Assembly (NCBI GenBank): GCA_951406725.2
Contig: OX597819.1
Span: 84,568,001-84,632,000, forward strand
Source: Octopus vulgaris
Taxonomy: Eukaryota
DNA length: 64,000 nucleotides
Direction of reading: 5' to 3'
The notes beneath the pieces were generated by a model. That model made no database searches. It was not told the DNA's origin and was given only the letters and a program-made list of their open reading frames with translations. The stretch's first letter is position 1. Every line of letters starts with the position of its first letter. Position numbers and translations under genes: made by a program. Below, piece after piece: positions 1 through 13,689 of this stretch.

Positions 1-524
1 AAAAATACACAAGCACACACGGCAGGCTTCTTTCATTTTCCATCTATCAAGTTCACTCAAAAGTTTTGCTAAGCTTGGGACTTAATATAGAAAATGCTTG
101 CCCAAAGTGCCACTTAATAAGACTGAATTAGAAAATATGTGGTTGGGAGGCAAACTTCTTAACTATGTGCATTTGTGTTTCATTAAACATAAAATATGAC
201 ATTCTCATATTTCCTATCCTCATCCCTTGAATGTCATGTCCTCACCATGTTACATGTTGCTACTACATGTTTTCTAATGTTCCTATCGCCAAAGAATTAC
301 CTTTTTTTATAGATAAAAAAATTCATAGGGGTTTTAAAAAGTCACAAGAAAATTGGTGCGTTTAAAATTTTTGACTCCATTGAGTAAAGGTCATTTATTT
401 TGACTTCAGTCCTACAAATTAACAAGTTGATAGATGAATCAGATTAGTATTTTGATATCTTAATCATTATACTTTCCATGCAACTTCTGAAACGATCCAT
501 TGTCCTTGCTGTCAACTGTTTTGC

Positions 525-750
525 TTCTCTTTTACTTGTTTCAGTCATTTGACTGTGGCCATGCTGGAGCACTGCCTTTAGTTGAGCAAATCGACCCCAG
601 AACTTATTCTTTGTAAGCCTAGTACTTATTCTATCAGTCTCATTTGCCGAACCGCTAAGTTATGGAGACATAAACATACCCGCATCGGTTGTCAAGCGAT
701 GTTGGGGGGGACAAACACAGACACACAAATACATACACACACACACATGC

Positions 751-783
<33 letters not shown>

Positions 784-943
784 TATGACGGGCTTCTTTC
801 AGTTTCCGTCTACCAAATCCACTCACAAGGCTTTGGTCGGCCCAAGGCTACAGTAGAAGACACTTGCCCAAGGTGCCACGCAGTGGGACTGAACCTGGAA
901 CCATGTGGTTCGTAAGCAAGCTACTTACCACACAGCCACTCCT
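525..943 (-). mobile_element. tRNA-derived SINE, family A, near full length with internal (CA)/(TA) tract
   Basis: tRNA-like head (gtggctgtgtggtaag...ggttcagtccc on -); similar copies at about 20608-20935, 23633-24014, 28407-28788, 44609-44990 (-) and 18210-18565 (+); many partials. Confidence 0.85.
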
Positions 944-1854
944 ATGCTTCATGCATTAATAAAATAATTACTAGTAAATGAAATGTTAAGTTGTTAATCA
1001 ACTGTGTCTGATCTCCCCTTTGCTAATTTTTCTTTTTTTATTTTATTAGCCCTTTAGTTTGGTTTAGCTGCCATGGCTAAGCATACTGGAACATCTTTAG
1101 AGTTGAATCTTCTAAATCTTGGGGTCCATTGTTTTCTATTGGGTTTTTCAATATTGTTGTATCTCTGGTCTGTGCATTACTGCACATGGCAAAAGACAGA
1201 TGCTACAAATTTCATTTTCCTTTCTCTTGAGTTAAGACACAGGATTAATTAAGAAACCATAATGCTGCGTAACAAAATTTTCTTTTTGTCTTTGGTCAGC
1301 AAGTGTTATTTCCTATTTGCTTCATTCTAGAAATCAAAGAAAATTACTACTATTCCCTTCAAACTTTGCTTTTGCAACTTAGACGTCAATGTTTTGAAAC
1401 CGACCTGTTTTCCATTGCATTTCAGACAGATTCAGCTCTGAGTTGCTGAAGCAGAAATATCATTATAGCAAATATTCTGCTCAGCACCACAGATTTGCTT
1501 GTCAGTTACTTGACCTTAACTACTTAAGCATATTCCATTGTGGCTGATAGTATGTGCATTTCTGATGATGTGTAGGAGTAGTATGGGAGCATCATAGCCA
1601 TGTATTGAGCAGGATTCTTTGGAGTTTTAATAAGGAAAGCAAAGTTTGAAGGAAATATTAGCCATTTTTCATACTTTTTAGGGGTAAGCAAATAGGAAAT
1701 AATAGCTGCTACCCAAGGATAAAAATAGTGTTATTATATGTTATTATATTGGCTGAGTTAAGTTGTTCAAATCATAGTACTATATAGAATGTTGGCAATT
1801 TAATCTTAACATATTCTTTTTTTCCCTTAGATTTTTATGGGGAATATGTATTAT

Positions 1855-2868
1855 TCCTGCATGTGTACGAACAGCCATGCTACATGGCAGTGAAACATGG
1901 GCCATGACTGCTGAGGACATGTGTAAGCTCGCAAGGAATGAAGCCAGCATGCTCCAATGGATGTGTAATGTCAGTGTGCATACTCAACAGAGTGTTAGTG
2001 CCTTGAGAGAAAGGTTGGACCTAAGAAGCATCAGATGTGGTGTGCAAGAGAGACGACTGTGCTGGTATGGTCATGTGGCGAGAATGGATGTGGATAGCTG
2101 TGTGAAAAAGTGCCACACCCTAGCAGTTTAGGGAACCTGTGGAAGAGGTAGACCCAGGAAGACCTGGGATGAGGTGGTGAAGCATGACCTTCAAACATTG
2201 GGCCTCACTGAGGCAATGACTAGTGACCGGGACCTCTGGAAATATGCTGTGCTTGAGAAGACTCGGCAAGCGCAAGTGAGACCATAACCTTGTGGCCTAT
2301 GCCAGGAGTGTAACCAGTCCACTTATGCATGCCTTTCCTTCATTGAACACTAAACTCTGCTTGTGAAGACCTGTTGAGGCAAGTGAAATCGAAATCAAAC
2401 TCGGTGACTGGCATCCATTGCTAGTGGAGTGCTAAGAGTACCATGCGAGTGAGATCATTGCTAGAGCAACAAACTGGCCTACGTGCCGATGGCACATTAA
2501 AAACACAATTTGAGCGTGATCATTACCTACATCGCCTTACTAGCACTTGTGCTGGTGGCACGTGAAAAAAACATTCGAGCGGGGTCGTTGCCAGTGTCAC
2601 TGGACTGGCTCCTGTGCAGGTGGCACATAAAAAGCACCATTTGAGCGTAGCCATTGCCAGTACCACCTAACTAACCCTCGTGCAGGTGGCACGTAAAAGC
2701 ACCCACTACATTCTCAGAGTGGTTGACATTAGGAAGGGCATCCAGCTGTAGAAACTCTGCCAGATCAGATTGGAGTCTGGTGCAGCCATCTGGTTCGCCA
2801 GCCCTCTGTCAAATCATCCAACCCATGCTAGGATGGAAAGTGGACGTTAAACGATGATGATGATGATG
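1855..2868 (+). mobile_element. 5'-truncated RTE-clade LINE: ORF C-terminus, 3' UTR with tandem units, (GAT)n tail
   Basis: MLHGSETWAM...RRLCWYGHVARMD...GRGRPRKTW is the typical RTE C-terminus; in-frame stop at 2129. Confidence 0.88.
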
Positions 2869-3545
2869 AACACTGAAATGTACAAATAAGACAGAGACTT
2901 GGCAAGCCATATGACACATTGTTCATTTTAGGAGGGCATCAGCTCCAAATAAGAATTGATACACTTCAGTCTCCTCACTAGTACTGGTAGCACATTAAAA
3001 TACACCCAGCTCATATTGTTAGATGTACAAAAAGAAACAGAGGATGATATTCAGTGTTGTTATGTTGTTTTGTGAACAAGATGACATAGGCTATAGTGAC
3101 CCATCCAACTCATACCATCATGGTATACTTTAGATGATGCTGGTGGTGGTGGTAATGATGATGATTAATAATATTAATGATAATAATAAAAGAATTTCTT
3201 ACTCTGGAAATGTTTGGGAAAATAATAAGAAGTAACAAAAGTTTAAATGATTGTTGTTAGGAAAGCTGGACCATACCAGAAGCAGGAACATACAAGTAAG
3301 ATATGCTCCTTTGACTTATCTAGGAAGGTAATCATTTTAAACAAGAATTGGCTTGGAACTGGGACAGTCCATCTAACCTATTCCGGCAGAGAAGGTGGAA
3401 CTAAAATAATTAAGATTTAATTTTTTTTAATGAATACAAATTTATATAAAAAGTAGTAATTTTTTTTCTACTTTTTTCTGGTAAATGGATATTGTTTCAA
3501 GTGTTATTTATTCCTTGTCTTAAGCTCCTGTTGTTTTATTATTAG

Positions 3546-3633
3546 TACTAATCCAGAGAGTCCAGACTACCATGCCCACTATCAGCCTTCATCTCCCCAG
3601 GCCTATTATGTATTGAATACACTAAAAGAACAG
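3546..3633 (+). CDS. WDR7: WDR7 exon (first seen in window; phase 2 to 0): TNPESPDYHAHYQPSSPQAYYVLNTLKEQ
   Basis: ttattag acceptor, cag|gtatgt donor, open frame, phase fits next exon; only weak similarity to the corresponding WDR7 region. Confidence 0.7.
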
Positions 3634-3899
3634 GTATGTATATCAAGTTATTTTTTTTTTCCTTTCTTATTTGCTGTTGATGTTGTTTTGTCTAACCCAA
3701 GCCAGCATGGAACATGGACATTAAATGACAATTATGATGATGATTTTCAAGTTAATGATTGTGAAATAAGGGTACTGGTTTACTATTATATGATCTTGAG
3801 ATCAAACATTGTTACCATAGCCATCATGCTTTTAACATAATCATGATAATATTGGTGACAGTGATGATGATTGTGTTATATAAATCATACAGAACCTAC

Positions 3900-4335
3900 T
3901 TGCTGCTGGACAAAATCTTAGTGGCATTTCATCTGTCTTTATATTCTGAGTTCAAATTCCGCTGAGGTCAACTTCGCCTTTCATCCTTTCAGGGTCGATA
4001 AAGTAAGTACCAGTTGAACACTGGGGTTGTTGTCATTGGCTTACCTCCTCCTGCCATATAAGGGTGAGCTGGTAGAAACATTAGCATGCTGGGTGATGGG
4101 CTTAGTGGTATTTTGTCTGCCGTAACATTCTGAGTTCAAATTCTGCCAAGGTCGACTTTGCCTTTCATCCTTTTGGGGTCAATTAAATAAGTATCAGTTA
4201 TGCACTGGGGTTGATATAATCAACTTAATCCATTTGTCTATCCTTGTTTGTCCCCTCTGTGTGTAGCCCCTAATGGGCAGTAAAGAAAAAAGAAATAAGA
4301 ATTGTTGGTCTTCTGCCAAAATTTGAAACCGTTAT
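3900..4335 (+). mobile_element. Two nested or adjacent copies of SINE family B
   Basis: ttctgagttcaaatt B-box-like motif and gcctttcatccttt core; same family at 21945-22610 (-) and 33060-33715 (+). Confidence 0.78.
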
Positions 4336-4672
4336 TAGTGGTAGGAACTGCATCTAGCTATAAAAGCAATTGTACCCAAAATCTGCAAATGCCAAAATTT
4401 TTGCAAAAGTTATTCCTTGCATATTAGCTTCAAAATATGGATGTAAAAACATTGATAACATATCTGAAAATCAGAGCAATAAAACTATATCCTGGTTTAT
4501 TGCATATCTCAAATGAAACACCTCCAAACAGTTCACAAACTGTTAGGAATATTGTAAGTCATGTATATTTGTTAAAATCAACTCAGTTAAACTATCATAA
4601 TGATTATCAAGAATTACTATTCAATAATCAGTGATAAATTTGTTGCCTTGTTTTTTTCTCTCCTTCTTCAAG

Positions 4673-4841
4673 CAATGTGTTTGTTCTCCTGCAATGGATT
4701 TTCAACGTGGTGGTAAAAACAATGATGAAAAGTTTCTCTTGTGCGGTAACTCCGAGGGACAGATTCTTGTATGGAATCTACCAGATATTTCAGAACCTAA
4801 AACAACCTGTATCAAACAAGATAACTATTATAATCTGCCAA
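4673..4841 (+). CDS. WDR7: WDR7 exon: QCVCSPAMDFQ...LLCGNSEGQILVWNLPD
   Basis: Pyrimidine tract + aag acceptor, a|gtaagt donor; WD-type G-x-S-x-G-x-I-x-VWN matches WDR7 GDSSGRLNIWN. Confidence 0.88.
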
Positions 4842-5427
4842 GTAAGTAGAACAAATTCATTTTATAATTACCCATGTCTCCACCTGGAACCAGATATATA
4901 TATATATAAAGTTAAATTAAATATAGAGATATTCAATTGACAATCTAATAATTTATTTATATTACAATATTACATTAAATACTCTGAATATAATATATAA
5001 CATAACATAATATTATATAACGTAGATAATTATAAAAACCATAGGAGGCCAACAAATTATTTCAGCTTATACATATATTTTTTCTGATATACATAATCAC
5101 AGTTCCATTATATATATATAGTCACTTCAGGGTCGTGGCTTTAGAAAAAGATGAAATTCCATGTGAGAACATGGCTGGATTGTATGAATTAATACAAATG
5201 TCTGTGTTATGAGCAATGTCTGTGTTATGAGCATTAACCATTCAATCATGCATTAATTACAATTAAATAACAACAAAAACACTTTAACAGATGATATAAT
5301 TGAATTATACCAATATTTATATGGTATCCAACTAACGTACCAGTGAATTGGATGTTTAATACACCTCTTTGAAGGATTGCTTTTCCTCAGTTTGTTACTT
5401 TATATATGTATATATGAAGTAGTCCTT

Positions 5428-5552
5428 TATTTTTAGTATTTTTGATATTTATATTGATTTTTGTTTTTTTATTTTAGACCTAATCCTTTAATATTTCACT
5501 AAAATGATCATAGCTAGAAACAGCATCATAAATTAATACCCTTATATATACA

Positions 5553-5583
<31 letters not shown>

Positions 5584-5705
5584 GTATATATAAGGGTATT
5601 AATTTATGATGCTGTTTCTAGCTATGATCATTTTAGTGAAATATTAAAGGATTAGGTCTAAAATAAAAACAAAAATCAATGTAAATATCAAAAATACTAA
5701 AAATA
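5428..5705. repeat. Long inverted repeat (about 115-bp arms) around a TA-rich centre
   Basis: tatttttagtatttttgat...aattaataccctta is near-perfectly mirrored by taagggtattaatt...atcaaaaatactaaaaata. Confidence 0.95.
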
Positions 5706-5817
5706 CACTTTGATAAAATATGCTTGAAAAGAACATAATCAACTCTTACATATATTTATGTACAAATATATTTTTATGTTATACTGTTGTATATCTGTAT
5801 GTTATTCTATTTTCAAG

Positions 5818-5900
5818 CGCTTTACCCAAAAGTGAAAACAGCTCTCCAAGATTTATGGGATGAAAATCCAGCTACCTCTGTTGGATTACTCGATCAATTG
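5818..5900 (+). CDS. WDR7: WDR7 exon: LYPKVKTALQDLWDENPATSVGLLDQL
   Basis: tttcaag acceptor, gtgagt donor, phase 1 to 0; matches WDR7 [20 protein letters not shown]; absent from ORF track. Confidence 0.88.
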
Positions 5901-6099
5901 GTGAGTCAAATCAGACTTATTTCTTCTATTTATATCAGTGTTGTGTGAGAAGTAAACTCGTTGAGCAATTACATAATTTATTGATTATGACAGCACAATT
6001 TATCAGGATAAGAATGCCCTTTGGTTTACTTTTGTACCATGGATGCCATCTTCTTAACGATATTGTTGCAGGAGAAGTATCTGGTCAGGTGTAAGTTCC

Positions 6100-6238
6100 T
6101 ATCCCTGGAGTTTGTTAACCTAGAGAAGGCCTTTGATAGGATTTCATGCTCTGTGATCTGATAGTTACTGAGGAAATTTGGGGTAGATGAATGGCTTGTA
6201 AAAGCAGTACAAGTCCTGTACAGAGGTGCAGTTAGTAA
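6100..6238 (+). mobile_element. Degenerate RTE reverse transcriptase fragment
   Basis: FVNLEKAFDR...LRKFGVDEWLVKAVQVLY with stops. Confidence 0.65.
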
Positions 6239-6773
6239 CTAGTGTTGATCCTACTGCTTTCCTTGGCTTCATATTTTTAATGGTCCTTTCGATGGTATAG
6301 CAGCCAACCCCAGTAACTTGTCCTTCTGTTTAGTCTACTTGGGATAGCCTCACAGTCTCCCCCACCCCATTCTCATCATTCAACAGTCTCTTGTAGTAAT
6401 ATTTCCATGCTTCTTCTTCTCCATACTAGTAAGAGAAAGTGCATTGTTATTGTTCCACACACACACACACACGCTTCTTTCCAACATCTCATATGTCACT
6501 GACCATGATATTCCCATTTTCTTTCTCTAATGGATTCATTTTAAGGAAGAATTTGCAGCTATTTGTATTGAGTTATGATGATGCTGATGGTGTGTATTGT
6601 TTAGCCTGAAACTACCTCTGATAGAGCAGACCCTATGATCACAGATATTCAAACCAAGTTGATATCCCATTTGGCTGCTATTTCTGTTTAGCTATCACAC
6701 AGAAGGCTCTCCTTTCCCTTTTTTATTACATAAGTGCACTTTGATTTAATTGATTATTTCTTTTTATTTCCAG

Positions 6774-6930
6774 TGTGAACAAAAGAGAGGTCTTGAAATT
6801 ACTGCTACTATTCACATTCCATCTCAAGGTTTCGTAGTATGTGGTCGCCAGGATGGCAGTTTAATTATTGCACCTGCTACAAAATGTGTTATACTTCAAC
6901 TGCTGCATAAGAAAGAACTAACTCCTAATA
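6774..6930 (+). CDS. WDR7: WDR7 exon: ...ITATIHIPSQGFVVCGRQDGSLIIAPAT
   Basis: tttccag acceptor, gtatgt donor; matches WDR7 [28 protein letters not shown]. Confidence 0.95.
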
Positions 6931-7904
6931 GTATGTATTTTTTTTTTTTGTAGCTACCAAAATTTCTCCTAAATTTTATTATAACCACTGTTTTTTTTTT
7001 TCTATTTTTGATTTTTACCATTTCTTTACAAACTGCAACTGTTATGTTAATATATAATTACTTAATATATTATTTATTTAGTTTGACCTGTCTTCTCAAG
7101 TACAGTAGACCAGATCTTAGGGTGATGTGTTGTACTTGAGAAGACACATCAAGCAAAGTAAAATTGGGGCCATCCATACACTCAGGCATGTCCTCTATGG
7201 CCATACTCCCACTCTCTCTCCTAGCTGAGATTCTTTGTTTTGCAAGTGCTGGTTCCACATAAAAGTATTTGTGCCAGTACCGTATAAAATTCTCTCATGC
7301 AGGTACCTCATAAAATGCATTCATACTGGTGCAGTGTAAATTCACCTGTGCCAGTGGCATGTAAAAAGCACCCAGCACACTCTTTAAAGTGGTTGGCATT
7401 AGGAAGGTCATCAGCTGTAGAAACTATGCCAAAACAGACAAATGGGGCCTGGGCAGCTCTCCGGCTGGCTAGCTCCTATCAATTCATCTAACCTATGCTA
7501 GCTTGGAAAATGGATGTTAAACGATAATGATAATGACTATATAATTCTCTGACTCTATACCTGAAGGTGTTGATAGTCATGGATCTGCAAGCCAAAATCT
7601 GAAGATATTTAATTTTTCTTAGGAAAGATGCAGCAGTGATTTCCTGTTGCCTTCTGCTGGTTTGTTTACAGTATAGTATGTTAGTCTCCTGTTCTTCTGA
7701 GCCTTCTCTTTAAGATATAGGACCTAATTAATCCTATTGTTAGGTACTAACTGCTTGGAGACAGAGCAGATTGAAGAGTAATGGTAACTAAAGGATAAGT
7801 CCATACTTCCCAAATCTCTTGGATTCCTGAGCTGGAGCCTCACTACCAGATGTAGTTTAATTTCTTACCTTCAACTATTATATGATTAATTTGTATATAG
7901 TTCA

Positions 7905-8425
7905 TGTGATATGGATGGATGTAGACAGCTGCATAAAGAAGTGCTGATCACTTTAAGTGGATGGAGCTCATAGTAGAGGGAGACCCAGGAAGACCTGAAA
8001 TGAAGTACTGAAGGATGACCTGAGAACCCTGAACCTTGTGAAGGGGATGATGAAAGACCAAGATATCTGGTGCCTTCTTGTACTCAAGAAGGCCAATCCT
8101 TCACAGCAGAGGTGTTAATGCTGTTCCCCTTGCTGAAGAGGATTGGCCTGCAAGAGCCTTGTGCTGGTGGCATGTAAAATGGACCCTTGCTACTTGTCAC
8201 ATAGTAGCACTTGTGCCAGGACCATGTAAAAACACCTGTGCCAGTGCCACATAAAAAGCACCCAGCACACTCTGTAAAGTGATTGGCATTAGGAAGGGCA
8301 TCCAGACATAGAAATTGAACCAAATCAGACTGGAACCTGGTGCAGCTCTCCTGCTTGCTAGCTCTGGTCAGACTGTCCAACTTATACCAGCATGGAAAAC
8401 AGACGTTAAATAATGATGATGATGA
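7905..8425 (+). mobile_element. RTE LINE 3' end with (GAT)n tail
   Basis: RGRPRKT remnant and shared ttggcattaggaagggcatccag...ccagcatggaaaacagacgttaaa tail; related copies at about 7090-7535, 10100-10270, 17450-17690, 28930-29130, 41410-41750, 43800-44195, 59182-59410 (+) and 25785-25970, 26140-26440, 63138-63400 (-). Confidence 0.8.
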
Positions 8426-8926
8426 AGAATTATGATAAAATAATCCTTTCAGTCATGTACTAGATCTTGCTTATTAAGATATTTAAATTTTTTAAAATTA
8501 TCCTATATTCCAAAGACATTGTCATTATTATGCCTTGTCTTTTTATATGAAATTGTATAATCATGCATAAATATTTAATCCAAAATAAGTATTTTTTGTT
8601 ATTAACCCTTTTTGATACCAACCTGGCTGAAACCATTTCTGGCTTTGTAGTACAAATGTCTTGTTTTCAAAAGTTCTGAATTAAAATCTTCCACCAAACC
8701 TTAGTCACAATTTATGTTCCTAACACTAGCTGAATGATAACTAAGTTATTTTACTTAATTCTTTGTTATATTCAAAATTAATTGAATGAAACACAGAGCA
8801 TCTCAACAAAAATATAGAAGCTGAAATTCTAAAATTTATTGATAATAAAGTCTGATAAATCTTTGTCTAATTTCAATCAATTCCCTTTTTCTTTCTTTCT
8901 TTTCTAATTCTTTTTTGACTTTTCAG

Positions 8927-9144
8927 AAATCAGTGTAAAAGTATTACAGGGACATGATGGACGTGTCACATGTTTACTATATCCATGTAATGAATCTACT
9001 CGTTATGAGTCTGCACATCTTATTTCTGGTGGAACCGACTTTTCTGTGATTCTTTGGGACATGTTTCAAGGAATCAAGCTCCATACGTTTACCGTTCATG
9101 GAGGTGAAATAACACAACTTCTGGTCCCTCCAAATAGCTGCAAT
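8927..9144 (+). CDS. WDR7: WDR7 exon: LQGHDGRVTCLLYP...LISGGTDFSVILWD...VHGGEITQLLVPP
   Basis: ttttcag acceptor, gtaagt donor; canonical GH...WD repeat closely matching WDR7. Confidence 0.97.
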
Positions 9145-9617
9145 GTAAGTATTTTTTTATCATGTATCATTTTTTTCTGTGGATGGGAGGAGGGTAGGTC
9201 TTTATCATTATGTAATAAGCTTTTATCTTTATATATAAACTGTTTAAAACTTTATTAATCTTTTGACCTCTTATGCACATATATGACTTTTTCAAGGCCA
9301 TATTAACCATAATACACTGCCTATATGTTTCAATTAATTTTCTCAGTATCAAGAATTTAGAATAGAATCTAGTAAAATATTTGTTAGATGAATACATGTT
9401 TTCAAGGCACTGTATTCAGTTTGATGCCTTTCCTGTTACTAACATTTACTCATCTTTCAAGTAAAGGCATTTTCACTTCTTTCATCTTTGAAAGTACAAT
9501 GTTACCACATGATCTATAGATACAAAAATAAAACAGTAAACATTGTCATTGTTGATCACCATGTTTTTTTTTTAAAGAATTGCAGATGTAGAGAAAGAGA
9601 CAAAAACATATGCACAT

Positions 9618-9696
<79 letters not shown>

Positions 9697-11296
9697 GGGC
9701 TCTCTAAAGTTTCTGTCTATCAAATTAACTCACAGACAATTAGTTACATTAGATGGCCCAAGGCGAAAGTAGAAGACACTTGTCCAAAGTGTCACATGTT
9801 GGAGCTGAACCCAAATCCACATGATTGTGAAGCAGACTTCTTTACCACTCAGCCATGTCTGTATATATTATAATTGTTTTCATTTACTGATAAAGTACTT
9901 TATTCCATTTCTTCATACATTGAATCATTACCAGACATTTTTGTTTTGCCGTAGTGCATACATTTACACACAAACTCACATATGACAGGCTTCTGCTCCC
10001 AAATTTCCTTTACAAAGCATTGGTCAGCCAAGGCTTTTGTAGAAAACACTTGCCCAAAGCTTTGGGATAGAATCTGAAACTGTATGGGAATATTAACAAA
10101 AACCGTTTCATATGGTACATAAAAAGCACTGGTGAGGGTGCTACATAAAAAGCACTGGAAACCATGCCAAAACAGACTATGAAACCTGGAGCAGTCCCTG
10201 ACATTGTCAGTTCCTGTCAAGCCATCCAACCCATACTAGCATGGAAAACAGACACTAAATATTGATGGTAGTGGTAAGTGAAACAGTAGAATATAAGGAA
10301 GCTAATCATGGTCTCTGTTAGCAGATAGTAAATACAAAAAGTTTTGCTGAGTGAAATATATTAGTTTGCTATGAAGAAAAGGAGAGATCTGATGTTTCAG
10401 ACACAGTCTTTCATTGAAGAACGCAGAAAATTTAATGTAACATCTTTTAGTTGCAGAATACTATGGATTTATTTCAGCTTGTTTTGATAGAGCTGCATCT
10501 ATTAGTCTGTAAAGGCAAATGATAATGCAAGGCTCAACAATCTTATGCAAATGATAGTGCAAGGCTCAACAATCATATTTAAAAGCACTGTCAACTAGTG
10601 TTGTCTTGGGGCTGGGTTTTGTGTGTGTGTTGCCATCATGGTGAAACAATGCTAGAGTGTTCTCTCCAAAGTGCAGGCCTGGCTAGATGAAGTTGTATAG
10701 AAGACTAACAGTTTCACTTGCAAAATCACCTGTCTCCACATTAACAATGTTGTCCAAAGCAAGAGCAAGGGCTGATGCAGTTTGGCACCAGTGTTGTCAT
10801 AGAAGTTGCCAAGAAGAAGCTGAATTCAACATCAAACTGACTTACGGCCTCTAACTTCAGATTTATCCTCAATGTTTGCTCCTGAAACATTTAGTAGGTT
10901 GGTATACTTGCTAGGCAGTAGAAGTTGAAGTCAGAATTTTCTCTCACTTAGCTGGTCTGCCTTTCCAGGCTGATTAGTTCTGTCTACCTAAAGCACTAGT
11001 TTTATGGTGCCAAGATCTGCTTTGTCCTCTTCTCTTGCCAGTAAAAACAGTTCCATTGAATCTAGACAAAGGCTTTGTTGTGAGAGATTGTTTTAGATGC
11101 TTGCTATGAGGAGCATTTTGTAGGTAGAAGAAGCTTGTCCTCACTACCATTTCTTTAATTGTCGATCTTAGTATTGTTAAGAATTTTTTATATTTCCAGT
11201 GAAGAGCCTTAATTGAAATGTCAATCCTCTCCTCTTCTTATCATACTTTGTTAACTTTATGCTTATTTAGACATTGATCAGTAAAAAAAGAATTAA

Positions 11297-11620
<324 letters not shown>

Positions 11621-11955
11621 TAATTTTTCTGAATATTTTTCAGTAGTCAAAAAATAAAATTAATATTCTTTTCAGATCATTCATCATTTAAAATAACTGA
11701 AGATTATAACATAAAAAGTGAAGATAAACTCTTCAGTAATTCTTTTGCACTTCATAAAGCAGATTAGTGTATGATGTAATTCTTTTTATTTTAAACATGT
11801 ATAAGTTTTAGAAAATAATTATGCCATGTTGGACCTCAATTATAACATTTATCTATTATTCATGATCACCAATACTTTCTATAGAAGTTAAAGATTTCAG
11901 TTTTTTCCATAATACTCCAACATTTCTAACTTTTGTTTATTTTTTTTTTTTAAAG

Positions 11956-12285
11956 GTCACCTTGATCGGTGTGTTCATGGAATCATTGCTGAAGAAATTC
12001 TCAACAATTGTGATGAACATGCAGTTGCAGTAGAAGCATTAACAAATCCAAGTATTACACTCACTCAAGCCTTGAAGCGGCGTAATTTAGCCACTTTCCG
12101 GAACCTTGCTCAACAAAAGCTAACACAAAATCCTGGGCCTACTCAAGTCCAGCCTTTGATATCTGCTGCACCAAAACCAGAACTAGTTAAGCCACAAGCA
12201 TCACCCTTACTTATACAGGGTATCCGCACTAACACCAACAATCCAGATGCCCATTTGTTATTCTTTGATACAGAATCCCTTATAG
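11956..12285 (+). CDS. WDR7: WDR7 exon: HLDRCVHGIIAEEILNNCDE...PDAHLLFFDTESLI
   Basis: Poly-T + aag acceptor, g|gtaag donor; matches WDR7 LDRCVMG...HVLFFDVEALI. Confidence 0.96.
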
Positions 12286-12479
12286 GTAAGATAGTAGTTA
12301 TTAAGATATCTTTTGTTTGCTTAGAATCCTAGTTTTTCTTTCTAGAAATGGTAAAATTATTCATGTTTTTTAATGAAATATTTTTTAATGATAATAATTT
12401 CTCATCTTTCAGACCAGAAATTCTTTTTTGCATCAAGGTTTTTCTTACCCACCTTTGCTTTTCAATTTTTTGTTTGTAG

Positions 12480-12614
12480 TTCAACTCTTAACAGAAGAGT
12501 ATGCTTTGATGACGCCAGGTGAAATAGAAGCATTTAATACCACCAGTCCTACCATGGAAAGGTTACACAATGCAATACAACCAGAGGTCAGTGAAGCGGC
12601 TGTGAAAATTGCTG
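12480..12614 (+). CDS. WDR7: WDR7 exon: VQLLTEEYALMTPGE...
   Basis: tttgtag acceptor, g|gtaagc donor, phase 1 to 1; QLLTEE motif. Confidence 0.93.
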
Positions 12615-12715
12615 GTAAGCTCTAGATTACCTGTAAGAATTTTTGTATGATCTGTCATGTTTATTTGGAACTAAGGAACTAGCATTAACATGCATTCTAT
12701 TTATGTCTTTTATAG

Positions 12716-13433
12716 GTTTAATTGCTAAAGTGAAGGACAAGGCAGAAAATGTTGGCCACAAGATACAAAATAAAGTTGAAGCCACACAATATTCTCCTCA
12801 ATCATCTCCAAAACAAAGCAATCGGCCATCTGTGACATCACTTACCTCAGAAAAGCATCGACCAAATAGCATTCACATAAAATCAATTGACATAACCATG
12901 GAAACTGCTCAGCTATTTATGTCATGCTTGCATGCATGGGGCCTTGATCCTGATCTAGACAAACTTTGTCACAGCAAGCTGGGCTTGCTGCGACCCAAGA
13001 GAGCCGTGTCCTTTGGCTTGTTCTCTCGCCATGGGCACATGTCTCTTTTGCTTCCTGGTGGGCACAAAAAGCAGTTTCGTCTTCAGCAAAACCTTTTACT
13101 TCAGAATGTGATCTCAAATAAAAAACCAACTTTAATAGAGCAAGTACGCCAGAAATCTATGGAAGATTTAATTACTTTCGATGAATTTGAAATGGATTCA
13201 TCAACAGAAAATGACGACAATGAAAGTGATGCTGCTTTAGCAATGAATAGTTCTAACACTGGTAATAGTTTTCCTGAAGATGAAATTCACAGATTCTCTA
13301 CCAAATCTCGCTGGCAGATATCACAGGCTATTACTACTCAACATCTTTTGAGTGTCATTTCTGTTGCTAACACTTTAATGAGTATGAACTATGCTTCTTT
13401 TTTGGAAGGAAGTCATTTGAAACGAATAAAAAG
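12716..13433 (+). CDS. WDR7: WDR7 exon: ...TMETAQLFMSCLHAWGLD...SFGLFSRHGHMSLLLPG...TTQHLLSVISVANTLMSM
   Basis: tttatag acceptor, ag|gtaaac donor; diagnostic WDR7 motifs. Confidence 0.97.
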
Positions 13434-13689
13434 GTAAACCAAGCTTCTTTTTTTTGTAATATTCTTTCTATTCAGTTAATATTCTATACTAGATAATCTC
13501 AGAGAAACAAAAACCACTTAACCAAAGAGTAAAAATATTTTTACAGAGAAAACAGAAGATAGGCTGAAAATGTATGCCATGCAGTTTGATTTTGAATAGC
13601 ATCAAGAAATTTATATTCGTTACTAAATAGCCGCAAGTGAAGTCAAAACACTGTCTTTATCACTATTCCTTAAGTATTTGTATTCATAT

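Noticed and set aside
582-788. ORF MSKSTPELILCKPST and its look-alikes at 44670 and 20653
   Set aside because: Antisense reading of SINE family A.
5286-5330. Hammerhead-like cagatga-tataat/attata hairpin
   Set aside because: Both core boxes are broken (CAGATGA, no GAAA); not distinguishable from chance.
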